The notes under the pieces are model-generated. The model saw only the letters and a program-made list of their open reading frames with translations, was not told where the DNA came from and did not search any database. The position numbers were made by a program, and so were the translations under genes. Source: a virus (lineage: Duplodnaviria > Caudoviricetes). From it: a stretch of DNA of 64,000 nt. The stretch lies in the IMG/VR virus record IMGVR_UViG_3300011008_000012, positions 1-64,000 of that record. The stretch is one strand, 5' to 3'. Shown piece after piece: positions 38,646 to 48,624 of this stretch; the first letter of the stretch is position 1, and each line of letters opens with the position of its first letter.

Positions 38646-39216
38646 GTTGAGGCTTTTTGTATTATTTTGGGCATTCACGATGGTGCTTGGGTTGCCTATT
38701 TTCTTGCTAGATCTGTTTTGTTCAAACAGTCCAATGAGTTACAGAAAATCAAAAACGGACGGAGAGTACGATTCTTCTGTTAAATTGACATTTGATCAGT
38801 TCGCCTCTTTTTTCGCTATCAATCCTAACCGATACGAGATTGACAACGACTGGTACGCGGTTGCCTACTGTGACGAAGAGTACGAAACGAGAAGGGTTTT
38901 TTGTGAGAAAACCATCCCCAATGGAGAAAAATACATAACACTGACGTATTCTCCTACGTCACAACCGATCTACAAAGGTAAACAGCGTATATACTTCAAA
39001 AACTATTTTCAGGCCTTGAAATACAATCGCTTCAGACGAAAGGTCGAGAGGGAACTTAAACTGCGCAGAGAAATAGATAGACAAAACGCTGAGATGGAGA
39101 GCTTTGCGCAAGTCGTACAAAAAGATATCGATCGCATACAGGAGCTTGCGGGCAGAGAACGCGAGCAGGCTCTTGATGAAATGATGAACCAACTGGAAAT
39201 GATGAAAGGCAGGTGA
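38611..39216 (+). CDS. hypothetical protein with N-terminal TM segment
   Basis: ORF fills the operon gap; exact start uncertain. Confidence 0.6.
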   Translation: MGGNSSRPRVCKLRLFVLFWAFTMVLGLPIFLLDLFCSNSPMSYRKSKTDGEYDSSVKLTFDQFASFFAINPNRYEIDNDWYAVAYCDEEYETRRVFCEKTIPNGEKYITLTYSPTSQPIYKGKQRIYFKNYFQALKYNRFRRKVERELKLRREIDRQNAEMESFAQVVQKDIDRIQELAGREREQALDEMMNQLEMMKGR

Positions 39217-39794
39217 GCTACATAGCGAACTACTACATATCTGACCTACACTTCGGACATGCAAACGTCATTAAGTTTGACAACCGCCCATTCAATTCGG
39301 TGGAGGAGATGGATTTGGAACTGATGCGCCGGTGGAACTCTGTCGTCTTACCTGGGGATACAGTCTACGTTCTCGGGGATATGATATGGAAGAATGAGGC
39401 TCGCTGGCCTGAACTCCTGAAAGAGTTAAAGGGCAACAAAGTTCTTATTATTGGCAACCATGATCTGAAACACTATTCTGGGAAAGTGCGCAAGTGCTTC
39501 CAAGATATCAAGGAGCTCAAAACAATCCATGATGGCGATTACGAAGTTGTCATGTGCCATTACCCGATCCTCTTCTATCCACACAGCTACAATCCTAACA
39601 CGATCATGCTGTGCGGCCACGTTCATGTAACGAGGGAGAACCTATATCTGGAGGCTTTCCGCGATATGATACGTGCAAACTACGAGGGCGGTGGCGACAA
39701 CCGCGGACGAATTATCAATGTTGGGTGCATGATGCCGTGGATGGACTACACGCCGAGGACTCTTGAGGAAATTCTGGAAAGGACTGGTCTGTAA
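39213..39794 (+). CDS. metallophosphoesterase
   Basis: SDLHFGH, LGD, GNHD, CHYP, GHVH. Confidence 0.9.
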   Translation: MSYIANYYISDLHFGHANVIKFDNRPFNSVEEMDLELMRRWNSVVLPGDTVYVLGDMIWKNEARWPELLKELKGNKVLIIGNHDLKHYSGKVRKCFQDIKELKTIHDGDYEVVMCHYPILFYPHSYNPNTIMLCGHVHVTRENLYLEAFRDMIRANYEGGGDNRGRIINVGCMMPWMDYTPRTLEEILERTGL

Positions 39795-40957
39795 TGATCT
39801 ACTTGGACAGCGCCGCCACGACGAAGATCGATCCGCAGGTACTTGAAGCTATGCTTCCATATCTCACAAACGAATACGGCAACGCCGGTTCTTTGCATAG
39901 CCTTGGACGAAAGGCGAGTCAGGCGATCGACCATGCGAGGGAGCAGGTAGCGAAATTCCTGAACTGCGAACCGGATCAGGTGATATTTACATCCGGCGGG
40001 AGTGAAGGGAACAATCTGGTGATCCAGGGCGTCGCTCCCTATTTGGAGAAGATCGGAAGAACCGGGATCATCACATCGATGGGCGAGCACGACAGCGTCA
40101 TTCGCGCAGTAAAAGCACTGGCTATGAAACCTGTCTTTCATACAGAGTTTTTACCCATTTTTATGGGCGGAAAGGTCAATTTGCGTGACTTTTCCAAGGA
40201 AAAACTGCTTGAAAGCGGGCTTTGCAGCATCATGTATGTCAATAACGAGCTCGGAACAGTCAATGAAATTTCGAGCATCGCGGATCTGTGCAACAGGTAT
40301 GGAGTACTGCTCCATACAGACTGTGTTCAGGCGGCCGGGACATATGAACTCGATGCCAATGAGCTGGGATGTGATTTCTTAACCATATCGGCTCATAAGA
40401 TCCACGGACCGAAAGGTGTCGGTGCGGTTTTTGCGAAAAACAAACACATTATTATGCCGATGATCTATGGCGGGTCAGAGCAGGAGTACGGTCTGAGAGG
40501 CGGTACAGAGAATGTGGCCGGTATCGTAGGCTTTGGTAAGGCGTGCGAAATTGCACAGACGGAGTTTCATGATACAGAGGTACGAATTGAGGCCGTAAAG
40601 CAACAGTTTTACACTTCGCTGATGGAATCTTTGCATCAGCTCGATCTCGATAGTGTAGTACATGTAAACGGAGACCCTGTTATCCATAAAGGGAAAATCG
40701 TGAGCTTGCGGTTCGACAGGGTGGATAGCGAGGCATTGCTTTTGATGTTGGACTCAAAGGGAGTGTGCGCCTCCGCTGGTTCCGCGTGTCACGGACACAG
40801 CTCCGAGCCGAGTCGTGTTTTGATGGCCGCAGGTCTGAGCGAAAGCGATGCCAGGAACACGATCCGTGTGTCTTTCTCTAAGAATACGACACTGGACGAC
40901 GCGGACAGCGCCGGCCAGATCATGGCGTCTTGCGTATCCGTTTTGAGAAAAATTTGA
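39794..40957 (+). CDS. iscS: cysteine desulfurase (IscS/NifS family)
   Basis: IYLDSAATT, SAHKIHGPKG, GGTENV, SAGSAC. Confidence 0.93.
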   Translation: MIYLDSAATTKIDPQVLEAMLPYLTNEYGNAGSLHSLGRKASQAIDHAREQVAKFLNCEPDQVIFTSGGSEGNNLVIQGVAPYLEKIGRTGIITSMGEHDSVIRAVKALAMKPVFHTEFLPIFMGGKVNLRDFSKEKLLESGLCSIMYVNNELGTVNEISSIADLCNRYGVLLHTDCVQAAGTYELDANELGCDFLTISAHKIHGPKGVGAVFAKNKHIIMPMIYGGSEQEYGLRGGTENVAGIVGFGKACEIAQTEFHDTEVRIEAVKQQFYTSLMESLHQLDLDSVVHVNGDPVIHKGKIVSLRFDRVDSEALLLMLDSKGVCASAGSACHGHSSEPSRVLMAAGLSESDARNTIRVSFSKNTTLDDADSAGQIMASCVSVLRKI

Positions 40958-41300
40958 GTTGTTAGAAATAATTACCGGGTCTAATCCTCTGCGCCGCAGA
41001 GGATTAGACCCTGCTTGATGGGGTGTACTTAATGAGATACCCACGCGGTGAGATCGTTTGGACGGGTTACTACAACAAAAACCACGAGCTCAAGTTCATT
41101 GTTACAAGTAAGCCGTTGCGCGATTATTATTTCTTATACGAAGTGGTCGATGCCGAGCTGAAGAAGCTCGGCAAAACAAGATCGCCAATGGAACTGGAAT
41201 CCAAATTCAACGTGATGGATGTTATAAGCGGGTAGGAACTATTTTTCTTACTCTCGCAAGGTAAAACAGATATGGGTGGCATGTAAACGAAAAAATTGAC

Positions 41301-41330
41301 TTGACATTCGACCACGGGTCGTGCTATACT
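41301..41330 (+). promoter_or_regulatory. sigmaA promoter
   Basis: TTGACA-18bp-TATACT with extended TG. Confidence 0.7.
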
Positions 41331-41363
41331 CCGTACATAAAGCAAAGGAGTACACGCCCACAA

Positions 41364-41789
41364 ATGAATACAAGCAAGACTCCCCGCATAGGCGAGGTGT
41401 ATATGGTCCGATTTGAAGGATCTGGCAGCGAACAGACCGGAGTGCGACCAGCAGTGATATTCCAGAACAATATCGGGAATATGCACAGTCCGAATGTCAT
41501 AGTTCTTCCACTCACAAGTAAATACAAGAAGACAAATCAGCCAACGCATGTGCTGGTACCGGCGAAGGGAACCGGATTGAAGATGGACAGTATGGTTCTC
41601 TGTGAAAATCCGGTATGTATATCGAAGCAAAAGCTCCAAAAGTACATGACGACACTACCACAAGAGTATATGGCGAAGGTTGCGGAGGCAAATCTTCTGG
41701 CATCATCGGCCATATGCTATATAAACCCAGAGATACTGAAGGCTCTGTGGGAAAGGGCGGCAAGGATGAACGCAGTTCTTCCGGCATAA
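41364..41789 (+). CDS. PemK/MazF family protein
   Basis: GEVY..GSEQTGVRPAVIFQN..PLTS..PTHV; AAGGAG RBS before ATG 41364. Confidence 0.9.
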   Translation: MNTSKTPRIGEVYMVRFEGSGSEQTGVRPAVIFQNNIGNMHSPNVIVLPLTSKYKKTNQPTHVLVPAKGTGLKMDSMVLCENPVCISKQKLQKYMTTLPQEYMAKVAEANLLASSAICYINPEILKALWERAARMNAVLPA

Positions 41790-41817
41790 CGCCCCTACAT
41801 AGACTGGAGGTGTTGCT

Positions 41818-42804
41818 ATGTACAATGAAGAACAAAAGCGCCGCTATATCTCGGAACAGATAGAGAACTCAAAACGTGCGCGCACATGCGAACAGGTTTT
41901 TGAGGCGCTGGCTCCATATGAGGAAGAATGGGGAGCCGATTTTTCAACAAGGTCACCGGAAGAATTGCGTCCCATATTCGAGCAGATCGCAGGACTTCGC
42001 GAGCGAGTTCGGATGAATTACATGATCATTATCAGGAACTATATCAAGTGGCTGATCGGTCAAGGGGACAACACAGTTCAGAGGGGTATCTTGTCTATTG
42101 ATACGCTCGGCCTCGGCAATATCAGGAATATGACCGTAAAGAACCCGGTACATCTGCAACAATGTCTGAACGAAATTTTTGAGCCGGAAACAGAGCAGAT
42201 GGTAAGCAATATCCATCGCTGCTTCTACTGGCTTGCGTATGCCGGACTCAGAGAACAGGATATACTGAGCGTGAAATGCTCCGATGTTGATCTGGATCAC
42301 TTAACCGTCACATTTGGCGGCGAGACATATCGCATCTACGAAGAGGGACTCCTTGCTTTTAGAAATGCGGCAACACTGCCGACATTCGTTTATAAGAACA
42401 GTAATTACACGGCAGATAAGAAGATTATCACGCGCATCAGAGCTCAAGGCGATACGTTGATTCGCGGTTTTACATCAAAACCGACAAGCAAAGGTATAAG
42501 AGGCGAGCTTTCGCATCGCACCAAGGACGCGATAGACAGTGGGCGGACAAAAATGAAGCTCAGCCATCATCGCGTACAAATATCCGGGATTTTCTACCGT
42601 ATGTATGAACGGGAAGTTCGAGGATTACCGGTAGACTTCTCGGAAGACGCCGCGAGATTTATGGAACACAGCGTCGAGCGGCGAAAAGGCGAGTCGTATA
42701 AACTGGACAGCGGAAGAAACACGATTGAGGCAAAACAACGTCAGATCGAACGAGACTACATGCGGGATTATGAACGCTGGAAAGTAGCATGGGTGATCCT
42801 TTAA
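41818..42804 (+). CDS. tyrosine-recombinase-fold protein, YopR/MrpR-like (paralog 2)
   Basis: MYNEEQK, YIKW, LAYAGL..DILSV, VQISG, DYERWK. Confidence 0.6.
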   Translation: MYNEEQKRRYISEQIENSKRARTCEQVFEALAPYEEEWGADFSTRSPEELRPIFEQIAGLRERVRMNYMIIIRNYIKWLIGQGDNTVQRGILSIDTLGLGNIRNMTVKNPVHLQQCLNEIFEPETEQMVSNIHRCFYWLAYAGLREQDILSVKCSDVDLDHLTVTFGGETYRIYEEGLLAFRNAATLPTFVYKNSNYTADKKIITRIRAQGDTLIRGFTSKPTSKGIRGELSHRTKDAIDSGRTKMKLSHHRVQISGIFYRMYEREVRGLPVDFSEDAARFMEHSVERRKGESYKLDSGRNTIEAKQRQIERDYMRDYERWKVAWVIL

Positions 42805-42820
42805 TAACGAGTGAACGAAA

Positions 42821-42848
42821 CACCCGCTTCGGCGGGTGCTTTTCTTTA
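42821..42848 (+). terminator. intrinsic terminator
   Basis: cacccgc-ttcg-gcgggtg followed by a T-run. Confidence 0.85.
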
Positions 42849-42972
42849 CATATATCAAAACAATAAAATTATCTGCATCAAAAACGCAGAACGGAAAGGA
42901 AGGTGCTCCATGAAGAATGTAGCTGGTTAGCATGGCGATCAGATAACAAATTTCTTGTATTGGAGGAATTGA

Positions 42973-43650
42973 ATGGCAGAAACGCTGAACATCTATCAGA
43001 AATTGGCAAAGGTCCGCAAGGCCGTCGAGGTCGTGCAGAAGAATGCCAGCGGTTATGGGTACAAATACGTCACAGATGACGAGTTACTTGCTCGCATCAC
43101 GGGCGTTATGGATAAGCATGGGCTCTCGCTTATCCCAAGTATCGTGCCGAACACATTCACAGTAGAGCCTTATACATATACGAAGATCAAAAAGGGCGAA
43201 GAAGAGATCGTCAATGAGATCCTCGTCAACGCAGACATGGAATTTGTCTGGATCAATAACGACGCGCCGAATGAGGTGATTCGTGTGCCGTGGGCGCTTA
43301 CCGGTCAGCAGAGCGATGCGTCGCAGAGCTTTGGTTCCGGTCTGACGTATGCCTATCGCTACTTCCTTCTGAAATACTTCGGGGTCGCCACTCCGAACGA
43401 TGATCCTGACAACTGGCGAAACAAGCAGCGCGAGGCGGAAGCCGCGGAAGATCGTGCGCTTGCAGAGCAGATCGTCAATATCATCGATAAAGAATTCAAG
43501 GATTATATCTCGAACGGTGGTTCCACCGAAGAGATCCGCGACTTTGCAAGTAAGTATGTGAAGGGCGGAAATTACTTCAACATCAAAGAGTCTGCGGTAG
43601 CGGCAAAGATGCTTGAAGATTTCAAGAATACTTTTAAGAAGGAGGCGTGA
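42973..43650 (+). CDS. ERF family ssDNA-annealing recombinase
   Basis: GYGYKY, GSGLTYAYRYFL..FGVAT..DDPD. Confidence 0.85.
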   Translation: MAETLNIYQKLAKVRKAVEVVQKNASGYGYKYVTDDELLARITGVMDKHGLSLIPSIVPNTFTVEPYTYTKIKKGEEEIVNEILVNADMEFVWINNDAPNEVIRVPWALTGQQSDASQSFGSGLTYAYRYFLLKYFGVATPNDDPDNWRNKQREAEAAEDRALAEQIVNIIDKEFKDYISNGGSTEEIRDFASKYVKGGNYFNIKESAVAAKMLEDFKNTFKKEA

Positions 43651-43653
43651 GAG

Positions 43654-44037
43654 ATGGGTTTTCGTACTGGAGCCTACTGCAAAATCTGGGAAATCAAGCC
43701 GATCTCCAACTCGATGACGAAAATCCGTATTTCCATCAGCCGTAAGAAACGCGGCGAGGACGAATACGTCCAGGATTTCAGCGGATATGTAGCGTGCATC
43801 GGAACGGCGGCCGCCGATAAGGCGTCGCGTTTGAGCGTCGGAGATACGATCAAGCTCGGTGATGTGGATGTTTCCACTACATACGACAAGGAGAAGAAGG
43901 TCACCTATACTGACTTCAAGGTTTTTTCGTTTGATGTCAGTGATCGGGATGCGAAAGGCTCAAACAACGGATCTGCCGGTGGCGTAGATGATGGAGAGCC
44001 GGAAGCGTCTGGCTCTGATAGCCGTCTGCCGTTCTGA
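43654..44037 (+). CDS. single-stranded DNA-binding protein
   Basis: OB-like core, Gly/acidic tail ending LPF, position after ERF. Confidence 0.75.
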   Translation: MGFRTGAYCKIWEIKPISNSMTKIRISISRKKRGEDEYVQDFSGYVACIGTAAADKASRLSVGDTIKLGDVDVSTTYDKEKKVTYTDFKVFSFDVSDRDAKGSNNGSAGGVDDGEPEASGSDSRLPF

Positions 44038-44048
44038 GGCGTCGTTAA

Positions 44049-44870
44049 ATGACGGCTATCGATTATAAGCCGCTCATTCAGGACATGGTATGGAGCTACT
44101 CAAGGCTGGAAGCGTTTGAGGATTGCCCATATAGATGGTTTCTGCATTATCTTCTGAACTTCCAAGACGAGGATAAGTTCTACGCGAGCTTCGGTTCGTT
44201 CATGCACCATTTGCTCGAACAGTTTTATACCGGCAAAAAAGATCGGTCTGAGCTTGTCATGGAGTTTATCGCGGATTTTCAGGAGAAGGTCGTTGGGAAA
44301 AGACCGTCAGAAAAAATCCTGTCCAAATACATTCAGAACGGAGTCAATTACCTACAGGCATTTGACCCGCTTCCGTTCAATGTGATCGATATTGAGAAAA
44401 GGGTCCGGTTTTCCATCCAAAGAGATGGGGAACCGGATATACAGATGATCGGTATTATTGATTATCTTGGAGAGAAGGACGACGAATTGTATATCGTCGA
44501 TCATAAATCCAGGAAATTGAGTCCGAGGAGCAATCGGGCAAAGCCGACACTGAAGGACAAAGAACTAGATAAGATGCTCAGGCAGCTCTATGTCTATTCG
44601 ATCGCCGTTGAACAGAATTACGGGAAATTGCCGAATTACTTATGCTTCAACTGCTTCCGGTCAAATGAGCTTATCGTTGAGCCATTCAAGCAGGAAGCAT
44701 ACGAGGAGGCGAAACAATGGGTAATTGACACGGTAAAAAAGATCGAGAACACAGCGGAGTTCCCTCCGAAGCAGGATCTATTCTCATGCTTTTGGATATG
44801 CGGCGTCAATCGTCATTGCAAATATGACATTGAAAGTATGAATGAGAGGAGGAATGTCCGTGGACTATGA
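44049..44870 (+). CDS. PD-(D/E)XK (RecB/Cas4-like) nuclease
   Basis: WSYSRL..CP, GIID..IVDHKS, QLYVY, C-terminal Cys cluster. Confidence 0.85.
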   Translation: MTAIDYKPLIQDMVWSYSRLEAFEDCPYRWFLHYLLNFQDEDKFYASFGSFMHHLLEQFYTGKKDRSELVMEFIADFQEKVVGKRPSEKILSKYIQNGVNYLQAFDPLPFNVIDIEKRVRFSIQRDGEPDIQMIGIIDYLGEKDDELYIVDHKSRKLSPRSNRAKPTLKDKELDKMLRQLYVYSIAVEQNYGKLPNYLCFNCFRSNELIVEPFKQEAYEEAKQWVIDTVKKIENTAEFPPKQDLFSCFWICGVNRHCKYDIESMNERRNVRGL

Positions 44871-46195
44871 GAATTGATGATATCAACAGCATAGACAGCG
44901 AGAGCGGTATCATTGCGTCTCTCATACATAACCCGGAGCTGTCGTTCTACTCTGAGCAGCTCCTGCCTGAACACTTTACGCGCAAAGACAACAGGTATGT
45001 TTATACTGCGATCTGCAATCTTGCGAAGCGCGGAATATCAACGGTAGATCCTTACAACATCATCGAGGTTTTGAACACCGAGGAATCCACACGGCAATTT
45101 GCAAGCGAACTATCCATTGATATGCTGCAGGAGCTCATAAGTATGAGCGATGTGCTCGCCAGAAGGACTCCGGAAGAGTATAAAATCCTGGTTTCAAACG
45201 TGATTGATGCGGCATTTCGCAGGGAAATGTACCAAAAACTGTCCGATTGCCAGCGTTTGTGTTGTGATCGGAACGCAGAAAACATCCAGGAACAGGTGTA
45301 CGCGACGATCGACGAGATCCTCACAAGTTATTCGACCGTCGATGACATTCTTCCATATTCAGATGTTGTGGATCAGTGCTGGAAAGAAATCCAGTCAAGA
45401 CAGGGGACAGGGTTTGCCGGTATCCCTTTCAAATTCCCAACGCTGAATGAGTATGTAACGATCGAAGACGGAGAACTTGTGATATTCGCGGCGGAAGCGA
45501 AGCAGGGAAAGTCAATGCTCCTCCTGAATTGTGCGGTCGATCTTCTAAAACAGGACAAAGCAGTTTTGTATTTAGACAGCGAATTGAGCGATATGCTTTT
45601 CACAAAAAGGATTTTGGCGCATCTGTCAGGCGTGGAGTATAAGCGTTTGGAAATCGGAGCGTATGACGTAAATGAGGCGGCAAAGATCGACACGGCGCGT
45701 GAGTGGCTGAAAACACGGAAATTTACGCATTTGTATATTCCGATGTTCGACCAGCAGACGATCTACACAACCGTCAAAAAGGTTGCGCATACGCAAGGGA
45801 TCGACGTTCTGATCGTTGACTATTTCAAGGGGCAGGGTACAACCGATGCGTTCGCAAGCTATGCAGAACTAGGAGCATTTACAGACTGTATTAAGAACAA
45901 AATCTGTGGCGACATGAAAATTGCTGGAATTGGTGCTGCGCAAGCGACATCAACCGGTAAATTGGCCGATTCCGTCAAGATTGTCAGGAATGCAAGTACA
46001 ATTTGCATGATAACGGACAAGACAGAAGAGGAAATCGAAGCGGACGGACCGGAATGTGGCAACAAAAAGCTCCGTGTTGTATTCAATCGAAACGGGATGC
46101 AGCATACGTCGTCTGAGTATATAGATATGTTGTTCGACGGGAATCACATCTTATACAAAGAGGCAAAACAGCATATCCCTGTCAGCCCATATTAA
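44867..46195 (+). CDS. dnaB: DnaB-like replicative helicase
   Basis: AEAKQGKS Walker A, YLDSE, IVDY, AQ, ADS. Confidence 0.85.
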   Translation: MRIDDINSIDSESGIIASLIHNPELSFYSEQLLPEHFTRKDNRYVYTAICNLAKRGISTVDPYNIIEVLNTEESTRQFASELSIDMLQELISMSDVLARRTPEEYKILVSNVIDAAFRREMYQKLSDCQRLCCDRNAENIQEQVYATIDEILTSYSTVDDILPYSDVVDQCWKEIQSRQGTGFAGIPFKFPTLNEYVTIEDGELVIFAAEAKQGKSMLLLNCAVDLLKQDKAVLYLDSELSDMLFTKRILAHLSGVEYKRLEIGAYDVNEAAKIDTAREWLKTRKFTHLYIPMFDQQTIYTTVKKVAHTQGIDVLIVDYFKGQGTTDAFASYAELGAFTDCIKNKICGDMKIAGIGAAQATSTGKLADSVKIVRNASTICMITDKTEEEIEADGPECGNKKLRVVFNRNGMQHTSSEYIDMLFDGNHILYKEAKQHIPVSPY

Positions 46196-46201
46196 AACAG
46201 T

Positions 46202-47191
46202 ATGGATCTATCAGAGCTTTTATCGAAAATCGATATTATCGAATACATATCACAGTATGTGGAACTCGAACAGCGAGGGGATGAATGGTGGGGAATCTCG
46301 CCATTCACCTACCCGCCGGAAAAAACACCATCGTTTTCTGTAAGACAGTCTGAAGGTACGTTTTACGATTTCTCATCAGGCATAGGCGGTAACCTATACA
46401 CCTTTATACGCTTTTACGATAAGTGCTCACGCCGTGATGCGCTGGAAAAGATCAAGTCTTATGCCGGGTTTGATGGGAAAATCATGCGTCCATCAGAAAA
46501 AATGTCGGCAACGATGACCTGCAAGAAGTTTTCACCGCCCATTTCGCGGGAAAGACAGTCAAAAGCGGCTGTGTTGCCAGACAACTATATGGAGCGGTAC
46601 GAGAATAAGCCAGAGAAGCTCAAGGTCTGGGAAGACGAGGGCATTTCACTGGATGTCATGGAGCGTTTTCAGGTCAGATACGATAGCTTCTCTGATCGGA
46701 TCGTGTATCCAATACGCAATCCGGAAGGGAAAATCGTCAATGTGGGCGGTCGTGCTCTTGATCCGGAGTGGAAGGAGAAGGGGCAGCGTAAGTACTGCTA
46801 CTTTTTCCCATGGGGAACGATGCAGACAATCTACGGGTATGCAGAGAATCTAAAGAGCATCAAAGAAAAGCACGAGATCATCCTTTTCGAGGGGTGTAAA
46901 AGCGTGTTAAAGGCTTCATCGTGGGGAATAGAAAACTGTGGCGCGATACTCACAAGCCATGTCAATCCGTTTCAGATGAAGCTGCTTGCCAAACTCGGGT
47001 GCGACGTGGTTTTTGCCTTGGATAAAGACGTGCGAATCTTTGACGATCATAATATAGAGAAGCTGAGACGTTATGTGAACGTCTCGTTTTTGTTTGATCA
47101 GAGAAATTTGCTCAATGAGAAGGATAGCCCAGTCGATCAAGGTAAGGAAGTGTTCATGGATCTATACGAAAAAAGGTGTGTTTACAAATGA
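46202..47191 (+). CDS. DNA primase (DnaG-like)
   Basis: EKTPSF, GGR, EG TOPRIM, ALDKD. Confidence 0.85.
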   Translation: MDLSELLSKIDIIEYISQYVELEQRGDEWWGISPFTYPPEKTPSFSVRQSEGTFYDFSSGIGGNLYTFIRFYDKCSRRDALEKIKSYAGFDGKIMRPSEKMSATMTCKKFSPPISRERQSKAAVLPDNYMERYENKPEKLKVWEDEGISLDVMERFQVRYDSFSDRIVYPIRNPEGKIVNVGGRALDPEWKEKGQRKYCYFFPWGTMQTIYGYAENLKSIKEKHEIILFEGCKSVLKASSWGIENCGAILTSHVNPFQMKLLAKLGCDVVFALDKDVRIFDDHNIEKLRRYVNVSFLFDQRNLLNEKDSPVDQGKEVFMDLYEKRCVYK

Positions 47192-47228
47192 ATACGGAAA
47201 ATGAACAGATTCCGAAGAGGGACGAAGT

Positions 47229-47839
47229 ATAAGCAGAATCATTTTAGACTTATGCGGAGGTACTGGCAGTTGGAGCAGGCCGTATGCGGAAGCTGGTTAT
47301 GATGTCAGGATTATAACACTTCCAGAATATGATGTGCGTACTTACGCCCCCCCCGCGAGGTTTATGGTATTTTAGCGGCTCCGCCATGCACCGAGTTCTC
47401 TGTTCTAAATTGTGTAGCAGCTCCGAGAGAGCGTGACGAAGAAGCAGGAATGGAGATCGTTAATGCCTGCCTGCGGATCATCCGTGAATGTAATCCAGTA
47501 TGGTGGGCAATGGAGAACCCAAGAGGCTATCTACGCAAATATATGGGCGCTCCGAAATTGACGTTCCAGCCATGGTGGTATGGCGATCCGTGGACAAAAG
47601 CGACGGATATTTGGGGAAATTTCAACATACCGGAGCGGGTATACGAGAACTGGGAAGACGTTCCAAAACTCCCGTTGTACACCCGAAAGGGTAGAGAGAA
47701 GCCAAACTTCGCATTTTTACATAAATCTGCGAGGGAAAACATCCCGCAGTTATCATTCCATAAACCAGCAACAGACGCGGAGCTGAGGGCGATGACGCCT
47801 CCTGGCTTCGCGCAAGCATTTTTCAGAGCAAATCAGTAA
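47229..47839 (+). pseudogene. frameshifted C5 DNA-methyltransferase-like gene
   Basis: ILDLCGGTGSWS (motif I) is in a different frame from AAPPCTEFS/WAMENP; a C8 tract at 47347-47354 needs C9 to join them; apparent start codon reads ATA. Confidence 0.7.
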
Positions 47840-48276
47840 CACATAGATTTTATTCACAAGAAAGTGAGGATAAAGCCAAAATCATGGCTAAATCACAGCC
47901 AAAATTCACCAGCGAAGACCTCTATGAGATGCAGAGCTGGCCTTTATGGCGAAAAATTCAGGTCACAACGAGCAGAATCATTGAGTTTGCAAACAAATTT
48001 GATGATAAAATCTATGTTTCCTTCAGCGGTGGCAAAGATAGCACAGTCCTGCTTGATATTGTCAGGAAAGTGTATCCGGATTGCCCCGCTGTATTCATAG
48101 ATACAGGTCTTGAGTATCCGGAAGTCAGGGAATTTGCGCGTTCTATGTATATGTCAATCGAAAATTAGGTCAAGCGCTCATCGAAAACTAGGTCACTCAA
48201 GGGCGGGAGAAGCGCCCGCAATATAGGTGCGAGCGCGTACTCCTGGTGAGGACTGCGTTTCCGCGGCCATCGAAAA

Positions 48277-48624
48277 TTAGGTCAGATGTCCATCCAAAAC
48301 TAGGTCAGCCGGTCTCGGTAGGGCTTCCAGTTCCCATAGGCTTTGCTCAAAGGCATGCGCCTCCTCAGAGTGATCTCGGCTCAGTTCAAGGCGTTCTTCC
48401 TCGGTCATAGCTTCGTATTCCTCCAAGCGGTCGTTGTCCATCCGGATAGCGGTAACGAGATCTGCCGGCCAGCCGGCTTCATTGTAGTAGAACCAAGGAT
48501 TATCGTAGATATCTACTCCGTGGTGGACCCAGTACCATACGTCGGCGCGTTCAGATTTGGCGGCGTTCATTTCCGTAAGATATTTCTGCACTTCGCGGCG
48601 CAGCTCAGAATCAAGCTTTGGCAT
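48277..48624 (-). CDS. IS21 passenger hypothetical protein
   Basis: 115 aa, overlaps the istB end, GGAGG RBS. Confidence 0.65.
   Translation of the reverse strand: MPKLDSELRREVQKYLTEMNAAKSERADVWYWVHHGVDIYDNPWFYYNEAGWPADLVTAIRMDNDRLEEYEAMTEEERLELSRDHSEEAHAFEQSLWELEALPRPADLVLDGHLT

Noticed and set aside
40977-41011. Perfect 17-bp inverted repeat with core tctgcg-c-cgcaga, resembling the retron hairpin
   Set aside because: No enclosing terminal IR, no preceding first hairpin or branch G, and a different loop; more likely a terminator or operator after iscS than a fifth unit.
44049-44870. Cas4-like nuclease as evidence for CRISPR-Cas
   Set aside because: It sits in the ERF-SSB-helicase-primase module, the usual context for a phage recombination nuclease.
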